Of a stretch of DNA of 64,000 nt, positions 57,711-64,000 are shown piece after piece (the first letter of the stretch is position 1; every line of letters begins with the position of its first letter). This DNA comes from Neodothiora populina (taxonomy: Eukaryota): contig NW_027191402.1 in NCBI RefSeq assembly GCF_041146345.1, positions 682,001-746,000 on the forward strand, read 5' to 3'. The notes beneath the pieces were generated by a model. That model was not told the origin of the DNA. It worked only from the letters and a program-made list of their open reading frames with translations, and did no database searches. The position numbers and the translations under genes are program-made.

Positions 57711-58426
57711 ATGGTCCGATTAAAACACCGCTACCTCCTCGTCAACATTCTCTACCCGGACGCGACTCCATCTACTACCACTGCCGAAATCTATGGCTCA
57801 GCAGCAGCAGCAGCAGCAGCAGCGGGGCGGGATGTCGCGAGAGACGTACCGGATATCATCCATTTTCAGCAGCCGACGTCGGACAAGTTGACGCCGCAGC
57901 TGCTGGCCAAGATGGTCAAGGAGGGAGTCGCGGAGCTGTTTGGCGATTATGGGAGTGGGATGGTCGCGGGGAGTTTAGTCGGTGGGTGATTGCACTTCTG
58001 CTCTGTTGACGTCTTGTTATTCTTTCTATGATTTTGGGACGAGATGGGTATGTAATGGACAAGGGACTGATTTGTTTTTTTTTGTTTCCAGTCAAGTATC
58101 TATCGCCAGCGACCAGCACGGCCATCATCCGCGTCAGTCGCGATCATTACCGTCTCGTGTGGGCGGCATTGAGCTTCATCACCAAGCTGCCTCGCCCGAT
58201 CGAGCAGAACTGCGTTGTTCAGGTCGTCAGGGTGTCGGGAACGATAAGGAAGGCAGAAGAGGAAGCGATCAAGCGGGCAAAGCTCAGTATTTTGCGCGCA
58301 CAACGGAAGAGCGGCGAGGCTGGAAGTGCTCTGGGGAAATTGTTGAGCAAGGAAGACGAGGACATGAGGATGAGCGGCATTGTGGACGGGGATGGTAATG
58401 GGGACGATGACGATCTTGACGATTGA
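57711..58426 (+). CDS. POP5: RNase P/MRP protein subunit Pop5; exons 57711-57981, 58092-58426
   Basis: MVRLKHRYLL, LFGDYG, VKYLSPATST.IIR..R.HYRLVWAAL, VSGTIRK; intron 57982-58091. Confidence 0.93.
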
Positions 58427-58620
58427 TCCTCGTTGTTTTCTGGTGTTCATTCAAAGCTACTGTATTTCAGAGCTCGTAGATGGTTTCGTGATGATACCCG
58501 AATAGATTGGCTGATTTTTTTTTTAATTTGAATCGACTTGATGCGTCCACCATTTTCCCGATCGCCCAATAACGCCTGCGCTAATTGTCAAACCTATGAA
58601 TACTCCGATCAGGCAACTGT

Positions 58621-59752
58621 CTACTTGGAGCTCTTGCCCTTTGCCTCGTTCTCGCTCAGCTCTCTGATGAAGATCATGTTGGGGCCGTCCAGGTCTTCCT
58701 TTCCGTCTTCGAAACCCGGGCTGACACCAACAGCGAGATATTTGCCATCCGAACTCCAGGCGAGACTCGCTACGCTGGCGGGATATGCTTGGTACTGTCT
58801 GATTCTGCGCTTCGTGATACCATCCCAAAGAATGACGAATCCGTCGCCTCCACCACTAGCAAAAGATCCCTTGTGGATAGGATGATAGGCGAGGGCGTTG
58901 ACCGGATACACGACATCCACGTCGCCTTCGGTCTGTCTATGACACTTGAATGCGTACTTCTGCGCTTGCGACTCTGCAGATGAGTCAAACCAGTCGACTC
59001 CAACTCGTCCCTCAATCGATGACACGGCATAGCCCTGATCGTTAGGCATGCAGTTGATGGTACGGGTCATGAACTTGAGACTGCTTTCGCGCAACTGGAA
59101 AGGGGCGATCTCCAGCACGTTGACACCGTGACTCTCGTCCGAGGGCGCAGCTGACTGAGCGAGCATTTTGAGAGCGGCGAGATCATAGACGACCATTTGT
59201 CTTGAAGCCAGAGCAACGACGACTTTTGTTTCTGTCATTGACATGGAGAAAGGCCTTGACTGTAGCTTGACGGTAGCAGGCGCGTGCGACAATCTACCCT
59301 GGTGATCCAGGATGTGAACATGGATCGTGCTGTCCCATGACGCAGAGATTAGGAGTGAGTGATTTGCTGAGTATGCGATCGACTTAACACCCTTCTCGTG
59401 TGATGAGAGAAGTGTCTTTCCTCCAGTCTCGAGGTCGATCTTGTTGACGTCCCAGTCCAGACCAGCGCTATAGGCAGTGTTGTCGTCGCCGCCAAAGCAA
59501 ACGTCCAGGACCGCAGCACGGTGGGGTATTCTTTGGATCAATTTCCCATTCTGCCCATCTTTGGTGTCATAAAGATAGACGTTCTTGTCCCAAGATGAGG
59601 CAAGGAGTCGAGTCGGGGAGTTTGGCGCAAAGCGGACAGCGGATATGGGATCAGCGGGCGGATCGGCCAGTTCGAATTGAGCTAAGTCCAAGGTCAATAC
59701 ACTTGGATCATCTAGGACGTGATAGACTGCAGAAACACTTACTGCCGCTCAT
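58621..59752 (-). CDS. BUB3: Spindle checkpoint WD40 protein Bub3; exons 59752-59743, 59681-58621
   Basis: PP.DPISAV.F, SSWD, RESSLKFMTR, SSIEGRV.V, KYAFKCHR, VYPVN.L.YHP, ASGGGDG; 10-nt first exon, intron 59682-59742. Confidence 0.92.
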
Positions 59753-60134
59753 TGTGGGTAAAGAGTGTGAGGAAGTGACGGAATGATGGGTGAAGATGGA
59801 CACACCAGAGCTGGAGATGTTATTGACGGAAAAGGTGCCAAGATATCGCGGGGGATCCAAATCCGTCATAGCAATCGACCGAAGATGATTATTATTTCCT
59901 TCGATTCACATGCCGGAAACTTCGATTTACCTGTATCTCTCTTTGACATTCGCTGTTCTATTTTATCAGATTTCACAGCTCCCTCGGGTACTTGACTTGA
60001 TCCATCTGTGTCGAGGCAATATAATCAGAGATTGCAAGGCTCCTTGGCTACCTCTAGTTGACGCCTCACTACTTTAGCTTGCATTGTGCTGCTATCATCT
60101 CGCGCTTGCTGTGAATCTACCTGACCCTTCAAAG

Positions 60135-61413
60135 ATGCCATTCGCGCAGCTTGTCATCGGTCCGCCCGGGTCAGGCAAGTCGACGTATTGCGATGGAATG
60201 CAGCAGTTCTTCACTGCCGTCAAACGCAAAGTCGCCGTAGTCAACCTGGATCCCGCAAATGACCATATGTCTTATCCGTGCGCCCTAGATATTCGAGATT
60301 TAGTGCCGTTAGAGGAGGTCATGGAGCACGAGAACCTAGGGCCCAACGGCGGTGTACTGTATGCCCTGGAGGAGCTCGAACACAATTGGGAGTGGTTTGA
60401 GAAAGGAATGCAGGAATTGAAAGGTGTGCTGCCGTGTCGAGTCTTGTAGAGAGCCGCTATTAATGCTTCTTGCCAGATTCTTACATCCTCTTCGACTGCC
60501 CTGGACAAGTGGAGTTGTTCACTCATCATGAGACCATGCCCCGGATATTTTACCGGCTCGAAAAACTAGGATACAGAGTTCGACTATCCTCCTACAACTA
60601 TGCATGTGCTTGGCACATTCGCTAATGCTTCAATAGTTGGTCGTAATACACCTTCTGGACTCCTTGACACTGACCCGGCCGACGCTATATGTCTCTTCTC
60701 TGTTACTATGTCTTCGCAGCATGCTACATTTGCCTTTTCCTTTAGTGAATGTGTTGACGAAGATTGACAATCTGGCCAAGAATTCAGAGCCTCTACCTTT
60801 CAATCTGGATTATTATACTGAGGTCCAAGACCTCGACTACCTTTTGCCTCATCTCGAGGCAGAGCAGAATAACACTACAGTGGCCAATCTCACCGGCGGA
60901 GACTCTGATCTTGAAGTAGAAGGCCGTGAGTTGCCGGAGACGAAATTCACTGCTCTCAACCGAGCTCTGATCCAGCTCATCAGCGATTTCGGTCTGATTG
61001 GCTTCGAGACATTGGCTGTGGAAGACAAGACATCCATGATTAACCTCGTTCACGCCATCGACCGTGCTAGTGGATACGTATTTGGCACCGATCAAGGGGC
61101 AAACGACAGTGTGTGGCAAATCGCCATGCAAGAAGGGTGGGGAGGCAAGATCGATGTCAGAGATGTTCAAGAACGCTGGATCGATCGTCGCGACGAATTC
61201 GACGAGATGGAAAGAAAACAACTAGAAGAGGAGGCAAAAGTAGCGGGCGCTCCTGAAGTGAGGAGGGTGCCGCCCGAGCAGGGTGATGTCGATATGCAAA
61301 ACCCACCAACTGACGCTGGCGATGGCGAAGATCTCGAAGCCATGCAGGAAGCCTTCTTGAGAGACGCAGAAAGGCAGAATAAAGATGGCATTCAAGTTGT
61401 CCGAAAGGGCTGA
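60135..61413 (+). CDS. GPN2: GPN-loop GTPase 2; exons 60135-60423, 60477-60577, 60637-61413
   Basis: GPPGSGKST, VNLDPAND, LGPNGG, FDCPGQVELF, NVLTKID, LDYYTEVQDL; introns 60424-60476, 60578-60636. Confidence 0.93.
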
Positions 61414-61598
61414 ATGCATCACTACAAGAATATGATGTTGATTTGTCTTATCAATCACATTACACACCAGATTCAAGCAGTAAAATCATCTCAATAATTA
61501 TGGATGTTGTTTTGGGGGCTACATTATTCATCACATCCAGTCGAATCTGGACTTCGGGCATTTTGCCAGACCTGACCACAGCCGTTCCTGATGGGTCC

Positions 61599-63058
61599 TC
61601 ATATGGCTCTCCCGCCTGCCATGGGATCGCTTCCTCCAATGCCCCAGATGGCGCTGGAACTGGTGGAGATTGGTCTCGTTTCCCAGCGTCCGCTCTTCGG
61701 GTTCCATCCCAACTCCTGTTCGGCACCGAGAATCTCATGCGGCATAGAGAGCTCTTGATGAGTGTAAATATTCGAATAAGGCATCATCTCTGCTCCGTCT
61801 TCTCCGATGCCATGCTCGAACATGTCACTTGAGATGCCGCCCCAGCTAATCACGCTTTCTCGTGTCCGGCTGTGCGAACGTCTGCTGGCGTGACCGCTCG
61901 TTGTCGTTTCGCCATTGGATTGCGCAAGTGATGGTGACGAGCCCACAAGGTTCCTTGTCGAGTCCCTGTTTCCAACCATGGCCTTCTCGTTGCCCGGCTC
62001 GCCTGCAAAAGTGAAGCCTCCGGCGTAGCTGTGCGGTCCCTTTGCTCCGTTGGGAATGTAGAACCGCAAATTGACGCGGAACAATGCATACAGATATAAG
62101 ACGATAATCTCCGGCGCGAGCCCCAGTCCATAGAAGATTCCCCGGCTGAAATACCACGGTGTCGCCTCGCTCACCAGTGGGTCGCTACCAGGCACTACTT
62201 GAGGGATTGGTCGTAGGTGGGATGTCCCGGCTTTTATAGCATCCGCAGATGTTAGCAGGAATGACGTTATGCAGACGAGTATGATCTTGGTCCGCATGCT
62301 GCCAGCACCGAATTTGTCGTATTCCTGCTTGTGCTTGATATGAGGGATCTGACGGACAAGAGTCGAGAGCACCACCACAAGGAGCGGTACAAATGCAACG
62401 GCTGCAAAAGTTGTCTCGACACAGAGCTGGATCGTACGATCGATGCGGCGAGTGTTTGTGCTAAGGGTATAGAAAGACTGAATGGAGACCACGATGACCA
62501 TGATAACGGAAAGAACCAATATGCCGCAGAACATTGGTACGATTGGCGAGAAGAACTTGCTCCATCCAAAGTGAGGGTGTTGCGCGCGTACAATGCGCTG
62601 CGTGAAGAACAGATTGACGAAATACAAGAGGACGGTTCCAACATTCAGGAATATTCCGGCTGCGATCCCAAGTCGGATACTCTGTGGATATACTGCCCAC
62701 GCCATTCGCAAACTCATGGTCACGAGTCGGATCCACGAAAGACCTGGAATCGCTCGTCAGTACGCATTTATTAGTTTCTGACAATGGTTGCCTTACCAGC
62801 CATCATGCCACAAAAGACGAACTTTCGACCCATCTTCTTGTCCTTGATCAGTATCAATTGGTGCCAGAGACCTGACAACAAATACAGTGCCATAAAAGCA
62901 CCGCATATTGGGATATCAGGTATGATCGTTGGCGTGCCGCCCAAGGCTTGATCAGTCGGCCTGTAGGGAGCTGTCTAGTACATACATCTTCAGCAGATTG
63001 ATCCAATGACACATCTCGCAAGCAGTCAAAAACATACCTGTGTAGTTGAATCAGCCAT
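61599..63058 (-). CDS. Multi-pass membrane protein, DUF3112/RTA1-like; exons 63058-63038, 62974-62797, 62743-61599
   Basis: PY.P....LGG.P....DIPI, LR.AWA.YP, NL.FTQRI.RA.HP..GW, KFG.GSMR.K, PWY.SR..FY; about 7 hydrophobic segments; introns 62975-63037, 62744-62796. Confidence 0.8.
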
Positions 63059-64000
63059 ATCTACAACTCAGTGTTTCCACCAAATAGTGCAAATGTGCAG
63101 CGGATACAAAGAAAGAGTGCGATCTGAAGCAGAAGCGCCTCTGCCACGAAGCAGCGGCCTCCCATGCCTCATGTACGAGCATCATCGCCTGCTACACGAT
63201 GATGCAGTAGCAACAAACGAGGATCCAGCAGCAATGGGGTGGAGAGCCGAAGCGGATCTCAAGAGCATAGTAGAATTAAGGTGTACTTTATCAAGAGATA
63301 GTCGCAGCCACAGCAAAGCAGAGTTCAGTGTCCCTGGGCGGCAGCCCGGATGGCGCTTTGAGCTTGTAGATGCATGACGTTTCGATGTGGCTGGACGGTT
63401 GGACTTTCACGACATGAGAGCCGCATGAGTTTTTCTTGCTCTTATTCGTATATTACGATAGACCTCGAGCGTCTCGAGTAACAGTTGCATTTTCGAGACT
63501 GCATATTACGATATGGACGTAACAGCAAATACACTTTTCGACCGGCAGTGAAAAGGCTTAGAAACCATGTACAGCTCAAATATATCGAGTAAAGTATCTA
63601 TTACGCGGGGTTGGAAGGATAAGGTAAGGTATGTAAGATAGTAGTGGCAGAAGGATGAAAGCGGCACACAATCGTACAGTAAGTACATGCACTGCCTGCA
63701 TAGCATCCATGCAACAAATCAAGATCCCGGTAAACCTCGTCGATCCTGTCCATGCAGACATGCATGCATCAACCTGGTCCAGGGTCGCAAAGTACAGTAC
63801 TCTTCACCCCTCAACGCTGCTGCGATACTTCGACACATGAGCTTGCACGGCGAAGCGGCGGTGGAAATCCCGTTGTTTCTTGATGCTCTGAGATCAAGTT
63901 CGTGTGCTGTGTGCAAAGGTTTCCTGACATGTGTGTCTCACGGTCGATGAAGTCGCCGATGCGCCGACTTTGTTGACTAAGATACCTAACCTGCCTGATA

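Noticed and set aside
9848..59752. Functional mitosis cluster (separase, Bub3, possible augmin subunit, light chain)
   Set aside because: Genes are tens of kb apart with unrelated genes between; compatible with chance
1..64000. Transposons, tRNA/rRNA genes, TPP riboswitch, TGA-CTA readthrough peroxisomal isoforms, secondary-metabolite backbone genes
   Set aside because: Looked for by eye and not found; no transposase/RT ORF, no T-loop/D-loop cloverleaf, no TGA-CTA stop context in the stops checked, no PKS/NRPS

Overview
Gene-dense eukaryotic chromosomal segment from a filamentous ascomycete (Pezizomycotina; short GT-AG introns with CTRAC/CTRAY branch points; finer taxonomy not determined). 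About 30 mostly housekeeping genes could be assembled by hand: SIRT4-like sirtuin, MesA/Afi1, EF-hand light-chain-like protein, separase, xylulokinase, Snx4/Atg24, 6-phosphogluconolactonase, Dbp7, Asa1, two Zn2Cys6 transcription factors, thioredoxin-like protein, GH28, Coa2-like protein, caleosin, FAD oxidoreductase, Ula1, Rki1, SDR, OTU deubiquitinase, D-amino acid oxidase, Pop5, Bub3, Gpn2, a DUF3112-like membrane protein and several hypotheticals. No transposon, tRNA, rRNA or secondary-metabolite backbone gene was seen. The most unusual observation is the ~830-nt 'intergenic' gap between ULA1 and a Zn2Cys6 gene (46769-47601). It folds on the minus strand into a deeply nested multi-branch structure whose G-U pairs work only on that strand, has a TATA-like box upstream and carries a repeated 12-mer. 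It is a candidate large structured ncRNA that matches none of the RNA motifs I could check by eye. All family assignments are from motif recognition, not database searches.
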